Source of the DNA: Neoconidiobolus thromboides FSU 785
Taxonomy: Eukaryota > Fungi > Entomophthoromycota
DNA: 64,000 nt
Assembly: GCA_025603075.1 (NCBI GenBank)
Contig: MU626303.1
Coordinates: 59,302 to 123,301 of the forward strand
Direction of reading: 5' to 3'
The notes beneath the pieces were generated by a model, which did no database searches, had not been told where the DNA came from, and saw only the letters and a program-made list of their open reading frames with translations. Below are positions 42,526 to 60,320 of the stretch, one piece after another. A program made the position numbers and the translations under genes. Each line of letters opens with the position of its first letter. Positions within the stretch are counted from its first letter, which is position 1.

Positions 42526-44286
42526 GAGAGTTGAGTTAAGTTACAAATTATAAGAGTAATAAATAAAAGATAAGGTATATAGATGAGTTAATTGATTTAA
42601 AAATATGATAATCTAAACTAAAGGATTAAAAAGAAAGTTTTAAAAAAAATTTAATTTATGTTTTAATTTATAATCCTTGAGTTGCTTTGTTTTTGACCGT
42701 TAACAATTATGTTATTTATTGCTTGACTCCATTTTATTTGAGTCATCTTTTGAATTCTCTAACCTCCACTTTGCCTAAATAGGGAAAACTAGTCATTTAT
42801 TGGTTGATTTTAATCTCAACTCTATTTGATTCGTATAAATTGAAAATAGGCTAAAAGAATAAATTGCCTAATATTCAGTGTGACTGTTGAAGTATTTGGT
42901 CATTCATTTCTTCAGCAATTAATTATGAATGAATGACTTAATATTAATAAAATATTAACCGCTATAGCTTTTAAAAAAGTGAAGGAAATGGAATATTGCT
43001 AGTAATTAATATTAAAAGCAACCTTGGACAATATTACTTTAAGTTGCAAATAGCAGCTGTTTAACGGACAATATTAATGTAATGAAAATAAAATAGTCAA
43101 ATCAAATCATTCAATTATGATAAATTTCGTCATTTTAACTTTAATTAGATTTTTAAGAATTTAATTTAAAATCAAACATTTTTGAAGTTTAAGTTTCTGA
43201 TATTATGTTTTACCTAATAAATTAAGTAAATTTAATAAAATGATTATTTTCATGTTATTCGATAAGAACATTCAACAAATAATCACCACTTCACTAAAAT
43301 TTTATTATAGAATTTGATGAAATTTATAATTCTCTGAATATATTAATAATTTACAAGGAAAATTAAATCATTATATAAATTTTTAGAATCTTCAAGAATA
43401 CAATTTTTCTATAGAAAAGCCAACTTGACTTTGTGGGTTAGTCTAAACCCTTAGGTTTAGTTTTTTCAGGTTTTAATTTCTTGAGATAAATATATATTAA
43501 ACATGATACTATCAATGTGTTATTTTATGTTACTTTAAATAGGCCTACTGTAATGTCTTTTACTTATTGTTTAATTTAGTATTTTGTTTCACTTTCTAAT
43601 GTATAAAATGAACAGGATAACAAAACATAGCAAGAAATTCATGTATCGATTCGAAAGTTATAAAGGATAGAGCACATTGGAGTTGGATATCTTTTGTCAT
43701 CTTTAATTTGTATCAATATTTCACAATATGAATTTGACTGCTATAAAGGTAATAAAGACTTCAAGTTGATAATATGATAAATTTACTACAAATTAAGAAT
43801 ACTAAGAACACTTAATTACAACATGTTTTATCATGACTCGTTCATTCAGTTCTTCCTTTGTATAGTGAAATTTATGCTATAAGTTTAGATAATAAAATTA
43901 TAGTCTATCTTTGTTTATCAATAGAACTATTATAATAGATAATATGATTTACCTTTAAAATACAATTTTATTGCTTACAATATTAAAATAATTTATTTTA
44001 TAAAACAAACTTTATAAACATTATGACCTATATTGATCAAAAATAAACTAAGATTAGAACAAACTATTTTTTAAAAATTATTAATGTCATGTTATTTTTT
44101 AAATTGTATATTATTGTGGACAAAACAGTATTATTGAATATTTACTTTGTGATATTTTTGTATTTTTCTAAAGTTTAAAGAAACTAGTATTCTCATAATC
44201 TAATCTCCAGTAAAATTTAAATTAATATCAAGTGTAAAATAATTCAAATTAGTTATTGAATGATTACCAGACATAACAAAGTATCT

Positions 44287-44381
44287 GGGGGATGTTTTTT
44301 GGTTTCATTATTTTTTCCATTTTTAAGCCCTATTTGAGCGAAAAATTGTTAGTAAAATTCTTAAACATAAAACACATTTCC
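44287..44381 (+). mobile_element. MITE family copy 12, with an ATCT/ATCT direct target-site duplication
   Basis: ATCT-GGGGGATG...CATTTCC-ATCT. Confidence 0.88.
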
Positions 44382-44659
44382 ATCTAATATTTCAAAATTA
44401 AAAATATTTTAAAATAAAGATTTGTTTTTATGATTTATTTAGATTATCCGTTTTTAAGTAAATATGTAGGGACTTTTATAGCTTTTCGAGATTTGTAGAA
44501 AAAAGCCAAATCATTAAAATGGAGCATACTTCAAAATATATTATAATATCAAAAGCTCAACTCTTATTTAAAAAACTATTATAATATAAAAAAATACAAT
44601 TTGCAAAAAATATCTAAATATCTAAAACTCATAAAAAGTTCTAATATAAAATTTAGTTT

Positions 44660-45059
44660 TTAATTTTCAGTATCTGGATTATAACTTAGTAAGTTTCTTA
44701 ACTCTTTTTCACGGTTGAAATCTTGCTTAATAACCCTATCGGTTAATAAAAACCTATTGTTAGCTTCTTGTGAACGAATAAGGGATCCGATAGCCATTAA
44801 TGAGCCGAAGAAAGTAGCTGATTGTAACATAGAACTACCAACTGACCTTAAATATCCTTTAGGTCCTGGACCATAACTATAGAAATTGAAAATTAAAATT
44901 AATTCAAAATAAAATTATCATAGATCAAGAGTGTGAATTAGCAATTACTTACACTAAAACTTGTACACCACCTAATAAAAATCCCATAGTAGCACCGACC
45001 GCTCCACCCATCATCAAGCCCATCTTCATTCGATCAAAATAACTTGGTTGTTGTGCCAT
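44660..45059 (-). CDS. MGR2: TIM23-associated gatekeeper Mgr2/Romo1
   Basis: Two exons: MAQQPSYFDRMKMGLMMGGAVGATMGFLLGG...YGPGPKGYLRSVGSSMLQSATFFGSLMAIGSLIR. Absent from the ORF track. Confidence 0.93.
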
Positions 45060-45346
45060 TGTAGTTAGTTGGAAAATAATTAAAACAAAATTTATTTAAC
45101 TTTTTTTTCATTGATTAAATTCAATTCTCAATTAAAAAGAACAAATGATAAAAAAGTGACGAAATTGAAAGATTATGGGATCCATAGTTTTATTTTAATA
45201 AAAATTCAAATGTATAGATTGAAATTGAGACATCAAAAGTACAAAGGTGTATTATATTTAAAAAAAACAATTTATTTTTTATTTTTGAGCTTTAATCAAT
45301 TCCTAGATAATAATGAATTAAAACAGATATTAAAAAATCAATAAAA

Positions 45347-46084
45347 TTAAAAATATACTTTTTGTGCATTATTAACTGCTTTCTTAAAATCTTCAACTTC
45401 TTTCCAACAATCTAAAGTTCTCTTATTATGATTACTAAAAATTTAAAATTTAAGGAATGATAATGGAATAGAAATAAATCAAGCTACTTACCGATAACAA
45501 GCGATTAAAGTTTCTTTAGCTTCCTCAATGACTTTATTTTGTTTAGGTTCATTTCTATAATAAAAATTAAAAATCAATCAAATTAAGTCTTTCATACCCT
45601 AATGATAATCCTATAAACTTACGTCAAATGCTTGCTATTTAATTCCTTTACATAATCCAAAAGATAATTACTGTCAGTTAACCTTTTATCCTTAACCGAA
45701 TTAAATAATAATTCCTGCTCTTTTTGAATTCTTTCAACTTCTTGTAATACTCTTTCGTCAACTATTCTTTCCATATTTTCAAACTCTAAATCTGCTTGTT
45801 TTTTAAAATCTTTCTATATTCCTAACGTTAATTTCATCAATTCTTCAAAATATAATTAAATTTACTTTAATCTCTTCCTTATTTGATGTGACAGTGTTGT
45901 TATTACTTGGTTGATTATTACGAACCCCAGTTAAATCTTGTAATAAATCTTGAGATATCTAAATTATGAGTTAATTTTTTATACTATAATTCTTATAAAT
46001 ATAAATTACAGATAACTTAGCTTGTGTTGGGGCATAAAAGACTAATGGTTCATCACTTGCTTGTTTGGAACTATTAGAGCCCAT
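45347..46084 (-). CDS. MIC19: MICOS complex subunit Mic19
   Basis: Myristoylation-like start MGSNSS, coiled-coil middle, C-terminal CYRNHNKRTLDCWKEVEDFKKAV; four introns. Absent from the ORF track. Confidence 0.85.
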
Positions 46085-46334
46085 TATGAAGTTGAGTATT
46101 TAATATCAATTAAAAATTGAAAACTTAACTAGAAATAGCACTATAATTTTATACAAGATAATGAGTGAAATTGATTGATCGAAATATAGCCAATAATACT
46201 TGACTAGAAATGAAATATTCATTCTTAATTAGTTGAAATTTTAACCAATAAATTCTAACTATGTCTTCAGTTTATAGTTTATTACGATTTAACTTTTAGT
46301 TCTTTTTATTAAAATTCTTTTCATAAAGCACATA

Positions 46335-46666
46335 ATGACAGTAATACTTATTATCAAACTAATAAACTAAATATTCACTAAAATCGTTAGCAAATTGATT
46401 ATTCTGCACCAATAGCCATTGAATTACTTCCAAGTTTATCGACTTTGTTTTTAACTTTAGGGTTATTATCCAGTGTTACTTATGGAATGTAAGTTTGTTT
46501 ATAACTTGTATTGATTCAAATAAGATAAGATGCTGATAATGTTTTCTTTTATTTAAATAGTACCAAAAATTCCATAGTAAATGAAGGTTTGACTGCTATA
46601 TTAGCTTCGAGTTTATTATCAGTAGGTTTATTGTTCTTTTTTACAATTGTTGGGTTGTCACCTTAA
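46335..46666 (+). CDS. OST5: Oligosaccharyltransferase subunit OST5/TMEM258
   Basis: Three exons give MTQIDYSAPIAIELLPSLSTLFLTLGLL...ITKNSIVNEGLTAILASSLLSVGLLFFFTIVGLSP*, a two-TM TMEM258-like pattern. Absent from the ORF track. Confidence 0.8.
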
Positions 46667-46792
46667 TTTATAACTATTTTTAATTTTAATTATTGAAATA
46701 AATTTTTTAATATAATGTAAAAATATAATAGTTAATATATGAAAATAATATAATAATATTAATAATAAATTCAGCTTTATTTTTTTTAAAAA

Positions 46793-48817
46793 TTATTTGC
46801 AGATAGGTGCATTATCATTTTGATTATTATTCCAATCCATTAGGGTTTGATAAGTGACATAAAACATCATCACAAAGCCAACTACAATAATTAATATATT
46901 TTTCATTTTAATTAAAGAAGTTTTAAATGAGTGATTGTTTTCATCATTTAATATTTTTAAATGGAATAAAGCAGGAAAGATAAAAGATAATGGAATACAA
47001 CAAAAGGAGCCAATTAAAGAAACAAAATGATTTAAAGAAGAGGAACCAACATAAGAGATATAACTGATTAATAATACAATTAAGATTCTTATTATGTTCT
47101 TATTCCATTTAACTATCATAGATCTTTTACCTGATTTTGAAAATAATAATTGCTCAATAATAGCAATGATTGGAAAGACTTGCAATGGGACTGATAGTAT
47201 AATAGCCACAGCATACATGGATTGAATTAATGAAGTATTAATATGATCTTTTGGTAAATTTAATAAAACCACCGTTTTTACTTGATCGCCAAAAGTTAAA
47301 TAAGATAAAGCACCGATAAATACAAACACAATTGTAATAAATAACATAGTGTAACTTAATATCTTTGGAAATTTTTCTGGTTCTTTCATTGATTGTAAAA
47401 TTGGAATAATTAAGCCAATACCTTCAAATGTAAAGATTGCAGTACCGATAAAAGTAGTAAAATTAGCCGAGTTAAAATATTGAATTTCAGCAAGTCCATT
47501 TTGATTGATATAATTGACATTAAAATAAACCAAATAAAATAAACCAATAACAATAAAAACATCTGCAATTAAAGCCATTAATGATAAGCTTTTGATTTTA
47601 CGTAACATTGCAATTGGTATATAAATTAATAATTGAATTAATATAAATGAATATTCTGGTATAATATATTGACATTGAGTAACATTATAAAACACTTGTT
47701 CCAAATTTTTAGCAATAAAAATAATATAAGTGCAAGAAAAACCAATTTGAGAAATCACAATTGAAAACAATATAATTTTTCTTGTCCATTTACCGAATAA
47801 AATCTCCCCCATATCACCAAAACTACCGCCAATTTTTAATTGAGCTTCGATTAAAAGTAACATTGTATGTAATCCCAATAAAGAAATCAATATTAAAAAC
47901 AAAAATGAAAATGCCATCCCACCATCATAAAAACTACGTGGTAAAAATAGAACTCCAGTACCAACGAAGGACTTGATTAGTAAAAATACTGCTTTACCAG
48001 CAGATCCTGTAGCGGGTGGTGGATTCATTTCAATATTCGACATTCTTCTAATCAATCGTGCTCTTTCATTTGTTTGTTGTCCAATTTCTTCTTCTTCAAG
48101 TTCATCTAAGATAGTTTCTTCATTATCATCTAATGGATAAATTTCACCTGCAAAATGACCATATAAAGCCAAAAAATCCAAAAAATTAGTAGTAATCAAA
48201 TTAGTATCTCTACCATCTCTTTCATTCTGAGTTAATATATGATGGCGACGAAAAGCCCCTGGTATTAATAGAGAGGAAGGTGTAGCTATCAAATTACCAT
48301 CTTCATCAATGGCATCTCTTAAGTAAGGCATTGAATTACTTCTTTTCATTCTAGTTTTACGATCCACTTCTTGTTGCCATTTGTAAATATCTCGAGTTAT
48401 ATCACCACTTTGTAATAAATGTGAATCTAATATTGGTTCTTCATTATTAAAATTATCGGCGTTGGAATGTAAGGAAGTAACATCTTCATTTTGATTTAAT
48501 AATGAATTAGAATAAGACTCGTTATCACTATTATTTCTTATATCTGAAAAGGTCACTAAATGTTTCTTAACTGCTGAAGAAATCTCACGTTCCATTTGAT
48601 CATTTAATGGGTTATAATCACCTCTGGGTGAATTGGACAATAAAAATTCACTATTACTTTTAATGGAACCATAGTTTGTATTAGTTGGGTTATTAATATC
48701 AATTTCTTCATTAAGTCGGGCATTTAATTGCTCTCGATTGAGTTCTAAATTACTTTCAGTATAACTATTACTTGGTAATTTATCCACAGTTGATGTTTCT
48801 TTTTTAATCGGTTTCAT
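46793..48817 (-). CDS. AVT3: Vacuolar amino acid transporter, AVT3/AVT4 family
   Basis: Long N-terminal region with GDITRDIYKW, PGAFRRHH and FLDFLALYGHFAGE; Aa_trans domain LLIKSFVGTGVLFLP...GTAIFTFEGIGL; intronless. Confidence 0.93.
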   Translation of the reverse strand: MKPIKKETSTVDKLPSNSYTESNLELNREQLNARLNEEIDINNPTNTNYGSIKSNSEFLLSNSPRGDYNPLNDQMEREISSAVKKHLVTFSDIRNNSDNESYSNSLLNQNEDVTSLHSNADNFNNEEPILDSHLLQSGDITRDIYKWQQEVDRKTRMKRSNSMPYLRDAIDEDGNLIATPSSLLIPGAFRRHHILTQNERDGRDTNLITTNFLDFLALYGHFAGEIYPLDDNEETILDELEEEEIGQQTNERARLIRRMSNIEMNPPPATGSAGKAVFLLIKSFVGTGVLFLPRSFYDGGMAFSFLFLILISLLGLHTMLLLIEAQLKIGGSFGDMGEILFGKWTRKIILFSIVISQIGFSCTYIIFIAKNLEQVFYNVTQCQYIIPEYSFILIQLLIYIPIAMLRKIKSLSLMALIADVFIVIGLFYLVYFNVNYINQNGLAEIQYFNSANFTTFIGTAIFTFEGIGLIIPILQSMKEPEKFPKILSYTMLFITIVFVFIGALSYLTFGDQVKTVVLLNLPKDHINTSLIQSMYAVAIILSVPLQVFPIIAIIEQLLFSKSGKRSMIVKWNKNIIRILIVLLISYISYVGSSSLNHFVSLIGSFCCIPLSFIFPALFHLKILNDENNHSFKTSLIKMKNILIIVVGFVMMFYVTYQTLMDWNNNQNDNAPICK

Positions 48818-49404
48818 TTCAAAGTGTTATATATTATGGAATATAAAGTTTATTGAGTTTCTGTTTTGGAATTTGTTAATTTTAAATGGATTACATCAAC
48901 CACACCTTTTTTTATTAACTGACAAAATTCAATTTAAGCCTTTGATATTTTTATTCTTTTGAAAAATTTCTTTTTCCATTTTTAGTAAGGAAGTAGTTAA
49001 ATTAACTCAAGTCAACTTTTGCAACAAAGTCTAAGAATCCTTCCGTGAAGGTAATGATAAACATGGGGTTTTTTTTTTAAATTTCTAACATTGGCAATTC
49101 ATCATAACCCTTCAAAGAAAGATGTTTAGATGAATTGATGCAGACATTTTTTAATAGTAAGTGATGCTGAGAGTGAAAAAAATACGAGTTACCATAAAAG
49201 AAACTATATTGAACTCAAATATAAAATTATAATCAAAATACAATTAAACTTTAATAAAAATTATTTTTAAAGTAACAGGCTAAATATTTAAAACACTGTA
49301 TTTTATAAGATCAGTATTTTTATATCTAAAATTAATACAATTGCTTTTATAATAATTTATATTTTGTTTACTTTTGGTTTCAATTGCTATCAAAGAAAAG
49401 ATAT

Positions 49405-49502
49405 GGGGATATATTTTTTATTTAAGAATTCTACTAACAGATTTTTCACTCAAGTAGCGCTTAAAAGATAGAAAAAGTAATGAAATAAAAAAAAACATAC
49501 CC
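49405..49502 (-). mobile_element. MITE family copy 13
   Basis: ATAT-GGGGATATATTTTTT...CATACCC-ATAT. Confidence 0.88.
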
Positions 49503-49678
49503 ATATATCCTTGCTCAATTATTTTCTTTAAATAGCTATAGTAGGCTGATGATTAATATTTTTTAAAATCAGAACAAGTCTCATTCTATAAGATAAATTT
49601 ATACAATTAATAAATAACTTTAATTCAAAAGTGGTAAATTATTCATTAATTCTACTAAGCTTACTATAAATACAATAT

Positions 49679-49776
49679 GGGGATGTATTTTTGTGTTTAA
49701 GAATTTTACTAATAATTTTTCTACTCAAATAGGGCTTAAAAAATAGAAAAAGTGATGAAGCCAAAAATACATCCCT
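49679..49776 (-). mobile_element. MITE family copy 14
   Basis: ATAT-GGGGATGTATTTTTGTG...CATCCCT-ATAT. Confidence 0.88.
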
Positions 49777-50453
49777 ATATCTTATAAATAAATAAATATT
49801 ATAAATATATATCAGATATAAATAAATAATATTATTAAATTATTAACTGAATTTGTTTTATTTAGTTTTCCTTTAATATTTAAAAGAACTAATCAATTAT
49901 ATTGATGAAATTAAAGTGTATATAAATATTGAGCTGTATTAAAAAATAATAGAAGCTGAAACAAAAGAAATATTTTGCATAAACAATAAATTTTTAATAC
50001 CAATAGCAGAAAAAGCAGTTATCCAACCAAATTATCTAAATTCAATTATGAATAAGTTATCTAAAAAAGGAATAAAACTATAATCTCAATTATAATAACA
50101 AGAGGGATATTATAAGTAATTATAACACCTCTAGCTGATAGTATAGTAGTAATGTGATTTTATGATCTTCAGTTTCTCTTTTTTATTAGTAATATTTTTT
50201 TTATTGATTATACAGAAGACTTTGAAATTTAAGAATATGTAGAATGAGATGGTAATGTAATATTGAAAGCATCTATTGTTCTTGGTATTGTTAGTGTTTG
50301 TGCATTATTTTTTAAATCCAAAAGAAACAATTTATAAATTTCATGTTCTTTCTTATATTACAAATAATAGCAATAATAAAATAAAAAATTAGATTGAAGT
50401 ATTAGTTAATTGATATGTTCATTTGACTTATTTTTATTATTAAAACAATTAGC

Positions 50454-50881
50454 TTAACTTTGTACTTCACTTTCTGTTTTTAGTTGCCATAAACCATATG
50501 GTTTACCTGGTTCATTCTATTAAAATTAATAACTTGTAAAAATGAATTAAAATTCAATTACCTGCCAAAGACGAATAGTACCATCCTCTACAATAAATAA
50601 ATAAATAAATAAATAAATAAAAATCTCAGTAAATTCTTATAACTCTATTTTTACCTGAACCTGAAGCATAAATTTCACCATCTGGTGAATAAGAAACAGA
50701 ATGAACAGGCCCATGATGACCTTTGTAAACTTCCAATTCCTCTCCAGTATTAAAATCAAAAGTATGTACCCAAAGATCAGATATGCCACCAACAATTAAT
50801 TTATCTTTCTTGTTTGGAGATATAGAAACAGATGATACATCAAATTTAAAATCCATTTCTTTAATTAACTCTAAACTATTA

Positions 50882-50935
<54 letters not shown>

Positions 50936-51765
50936 TTATTAATATCCCAAAATATGGCTTGTTTACCAGCACTACATTGTAATATACTTTCATCCATTGA
51001 AATGCCCATACTTGATATATTACTTTTAGTATCTAGTCTTTTAACTTCTGTCATTGTGCGAGGGTCCCAAACTCTAAAAAATACTCATCAATCAATCGAA
51101 GACCAATTCAAAAACTAATTTTTAAATTTACCTAATAAAACTTTCTTCCCCACTTGAAAATAATAAATTTTTTTGATTATCCCATTGTAGATATTTAATA
51201 TTCGTTTCCACTTTTGGAAATAATAAACCTTGTTTATCTCCATTTTTAATATCAAATAATCGAATTTGTTTCTCTTGTCCACCAGTAACTATCTTTTCCC
51301 CAAGACTATCAAAACAACAACTTCTTACAATATGTTGATGGGAATACGTCGATAACTCTTCCCCAGTTACTGCATTCCATAGCTTACTTTCTATTAATTA
51401 GTAACTTCTTTTTTAAATGTTTTAAAGTTTTGATTACGCTGTAAAATCCGCTGAGCCAGTGACAGCTAACTTAGCATCTTTAGATAAATTAGCACACCAA
51501 ACCGCTCCTTTATGACCTAAAAAAGTACCTAACCAATCCCCTGTTTTACCATCTCTTAAGATTGGTTTACCATCTTTTTATTGAATTAAAATTAGTTTGA
51601 TTGATTCTTAAATTTGAATTTAAATTAATTACCTTTACAAGCAGAGATCAAGTAATATTTTTCATTAATGATTGGTGAAAATTGAAGCTGTACCACTGGT
51701 CTTGTATGACCTGAACATGTCAATGGATTTTGTTTTAATTTTGTTTTATCTGTTGAAGTTTCCAT
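50454..51765 (-). CDS. STRAP: WD40 protein STRAP/UNRIP (serine-threonine kinase receptor-associated protein)
   Basis: [82 protein letters not shown]. Confidence 0.95.
50886..50933. repeat. (AAT)16 microsatellite forming most of a 60-nt STRAP intron
   Basis: On the minus strand the intron 50935-50876 reads GT(AAT)16AAATTAATAG. Confidence 0.9.
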
Positions 51766-51942
51766 ATTTTTTTATAGTTGAATCGTTAAAGTTAATAAAG
51801 AAAAATAAATAATAATTCTATTATAGTTAGAAATAAAAAAATTAATATAATTTTTAAGCTTAAATTTCAATAGTTAAATACATTAATTTAATTGGTTAAT
51901 ATTTGATGACTTCATAAAAAAAATTTAGTTCAAATTTCAAAT

Positions 51943-53860
<1,918 letters not shown>

Positions 53861-54370
53861 TTGTTTTAATATTGATTGATAAAAAAAATAAAACTACTTC
53901 ATAACTTTTTGATAAAGTATGAAGGTTACTCTAATTCATTCCATGATTTCACTATTTACCAATTAAATGAACTATTAGCTAACTATTTCATGGAACTATA
54001 TGAGTCTGTTTTTTTTGTTTAAGAAAATAAATTTTCGATTTAATTGGGATAAAAAAAACGGAAAAATTAGTCAAATTAAATAAGACAATTTTACATGTTA
54101 AAGTAATAAAATTGTAATAATTTGTCATTAAAAAACTTAGTGAGATATCAAATAAATTATAAACTATTAAAGTTTAAAGTATAAGGACCAAAATTTTTAA
54201 GACTATTTTATTTAAACAAATAAAAATTAATAAATCTTAAAAATAAAATTTAAGATCAAAAAATAGGTTTACATTTCTAAATTAAGGTTGACTACTTTTT
54301 TAACAAAGAATCTTTTTTAGGATTTTAAACAACTTAAACTTTTAAGCCAAACACCATATTTCTATTCAAA

Positions 54371-55164
54371 ATGGCAATAAAAAAACGAAGTGAAATAACT
54401 TCTAGTTCGAGTACTTCAAAGATGAATGGTAGTCAAAGTTTAGAATCTCAAAAAGCTGCTTTGCTCTCCAACCCAAGTCAACACTTTTCCATGGTACGTA
54501 ACTTTTACATAGCTGATTTTTTAACTCTATTAAACGGTGCTTGTGGTTCTGGTTCTGTATTAGCTTGTTTAAACTATTTGGTATCCAATAAGAAGGAGGA
54601 TTTATGGGTAGCTTTTATACTCATACCATTAGGTGTATTTTTTGATTTCTTGGATGGACGAGTAGCTCGTTGGCGTAATGAATCTTCAGTTTTAGGTCAA
54701 GAATTGGACTCGTTAGCAGATTTGGTAAGTTTACTATTATATTATTACTATTATTATTATTATCAAATCAGTTTTAATTTACTTACAATTTTATTTAGAT
54801 CTCTTTTGGATTAGCCCCAGCTTGTTTAGGCTATTGTATTGGGTTAAGAGGTTTTTTTGATCAAGCAATATTGGTTTATTTTGTATCTTGTGGAATTGCG
54901 AGATTGGCAAGATATAACGCAACAGTAGCTTTATTGCCTAAAGATGCTAAGGGTAAAATCACTTATTTTGAAGGTACCCCTATACCTACAAGTTTAGCTA
55001 TTGTGTTGTTTTTAGCTTATCATTTTTATTATGATAATATTTTAGATAACTTACCTCTTAGTTTTATTTCTATATTTAAGACCAAATTTCATCCCATTTC
55101 ACTGATCTATGCTGTCCTTGGCTCTTGTATGATCTCTAGATCTTTACGTATTCCTAAGCTTTAA
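54371..55164 (+). CDS. CHO1: CDP-diacylglycerol--serine O-phosphatidyltransferase (phosphatidylserine synthase)
   Basis: [40 protein letters not shown] (CDP-alcohol phosphotransferase motif), ARLARYN, FEGTPIP; one intron 54724-54798. Confidence 0.95.
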
Positions 55165-55451
55165 TATAAAATAACTTACTATATGTTAAAAAAACAATGA
55201 ATGTTAATAGTGAATTTAGAGCACATTGTTAAGTTATTTCATGAGTTTAAAATTTCGTTTTTATATTTTTAGTTATAAATAGGTATTAACAAATAAAAGG
55301 TTGATTAAAATAAACTATTTATTTATATCTAACATTAATAAACAAAAAAAAGAAACAAAGTTTGATGCACAAAGAAATAAAAAATAAATTAAAGATGAGC
55401 CGTTTCACTAGATATTGATTAAAATACAAAATAATAAATAGTGATAATAAA

Positions 55452-58626
<3,175 letters not shown>

Positions 58627-59174
58627 GTTTGTGGCTCTGATTTAAGTTAGCAAAGTTGCCTTTTTTAGCTTTGTGTGTAGTTTTATTGCTTATAAGCTTA
58701 GATGCGTTTTTTACTTCAATTTGCCTGAGTTTAATAGATTTTTGCAGAATGAATCTTATTAAAAATTTTTTTCTTTAATTGCAAAGTATCATGTACCTTG
58801 ACTTATAATTTTCATATATTGGTTAAGACGTTATAGGCACCATAGCCATTTATTATTAATTTTTATGTTATTTTTATTTTAAAATGTTTTCATTTAACAT
58901 CTTTGTTAATATTATTTTATTAGAGGGTGTTGAATAATTTGATAATAAGCATATTTTTAAACAGAAGTATTTTAATGCGAGAGCATTTAATCCTAATGTG
59001 ATATATACAATCTAATAAAACATATATAGTGAATTACAATTTAATGTAAGATTAGACATAAAATAAAAACAAAATAATTTAGAAATTACATACAATTCAG
59101 TTAAAAATAGAACAAAAATAATCTAATAAAGACAGTTTTATAGAAATATCGACAATTAAAGGTTAAGTTAGAAA

Positions 59175-60320
59175 TTAAAGGTTACCACGAGCATCTTGAT
59201 CTCTTTCAATAGACTCAAATAATGCTTTGAAGTTACCTGCCCCAAAACCTTCATGGTTATAACGTTGAATAACTTCTAAGAAAAAGGTTGGTCTATCTTG
59301 TAAAGGCTTAGTGAAAAGTTGGAGCAAATAACCATTCTCATCAAAATCAACTAAAATGTTAAGCTTTTGAATAACATCTAAGTCTTCTGCTACTTTTGTA
59401 CGTGATGTTTTAAGGCGTAATCTTAAATTATCATAATAAGTGACTGGAACGGATAAGAAATCGGAACCACGAGCTCTTAAAGAGGTGACAGCATTAATAA
59501 TATCGTTAGTATTTAAAGCAATATGTTGTACTCCAGAACCACCAAAATATTCAACATATTCTTGAATTTGACTCTTCTTTTTACCTTCGGCTGGTTCATT
59601 AATTGGCATCTTGACTCTTTCAGTTGAATCAGCCATGACAACGGAACGTAAAGCTGAGTATTCAGTATGGATTTGGGAATCATCAACTGACCAGAATCTA
59701 TGGAAACCTAAACATTTTTCATAATATTGACAAGCTGGTTCCATACCTTGGTCCGGTTGGTTACCTACACAATGGTCAATATAATTAAGCTTACAAGCTG
59801 GTAAAAGTTGTTCTAATGGATCGATAACAGTGGTTGCTTTATAATTTGGTAAAAAGGTTCCCTTATAGTTCTTACGTTCAACAAAGGTATGTTCAGTATC
59901 CCCATAGGTGGCTACAGTGGCCATAATTACAGTACCATCTTGATCAGTTTCTTCCCATGGAGCACGAATAGATTTGGCACCTCTCTTTACAGCGAGCTCA
60001 TAAACACTACGGGCATCATCAACAGTGAATGCAACATTCTTAGCATTATCACCATGTTGACCAAGTTCTTTGGTAAATTGTTGATTATCTGGGTTAAGAG
60101 CAGATTGGAAAGCAAAGATGATCTTATCTTGTTGAACAACATGAGTAACAACATCACGATGACCAGTTTCAAGACCACGGTAAGCAATGTGTTTAAAACC
60201 TAAACGGGTAATATAATAAGAAGCGGCTTGTTTAGCATTACCAACCATAAAAAGGATGTGGTCAAAACCATGGTAGTTTCCACCATGGGCTTCAATAGTA
60301 TTTGAATAGGTATTGGTCAT
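59175..60320 (-). CDS. HPD: 4-hydroxyphenylpyruvate dioxygenase
   Basis: [78 protein letters not shown]; intronless. Confidence 0.98.
   Translation of the reverse strand: MTNTYSNTIEAHGGNYHGFDHILFMVGNAKQAASYYITRLGFKHIAYRGLETGHRDVVTHVVQQDKIIFAFQSALNPDNQQFTKELGQHGDNAKNVAFTVDDARSVYELAVKRGAKSIRAPWEETDQDGTVIMATVATYGDTEHTFVERKNYKGTFLPNYKATTVIDPLEQLLPACKLNYIDHCVGNQPDQGMEPACQYYEKCLGFHRFWSVDDSQIHTEYSALRSVVMADSTERVKMPINEPAEGKKKSQIQEYVEYFGGSGVQHIALNTNDIINAVTSLRARGSDFLSVPVTYYDNLRLRLKTSRTKVAEDLDVIQKLNILVDFDENGYLLQLFTKPLQDRPTFFLEVIQRYNHEGFGAGNFKALFESIERDQDARGNL

Noticed and set aside
49930-50390. Possible membrane-protein or pseudogene fragments downstream of STRAP
   Set aside because: Only short, stop-interrupted frames on both strands, with no recognisable motif or consistent splice structure.
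50783-51118. ORF with a poly-tyrosine run
   Set aside because: It is the (TAT)n intron microsatellite read antisense to STRAP.
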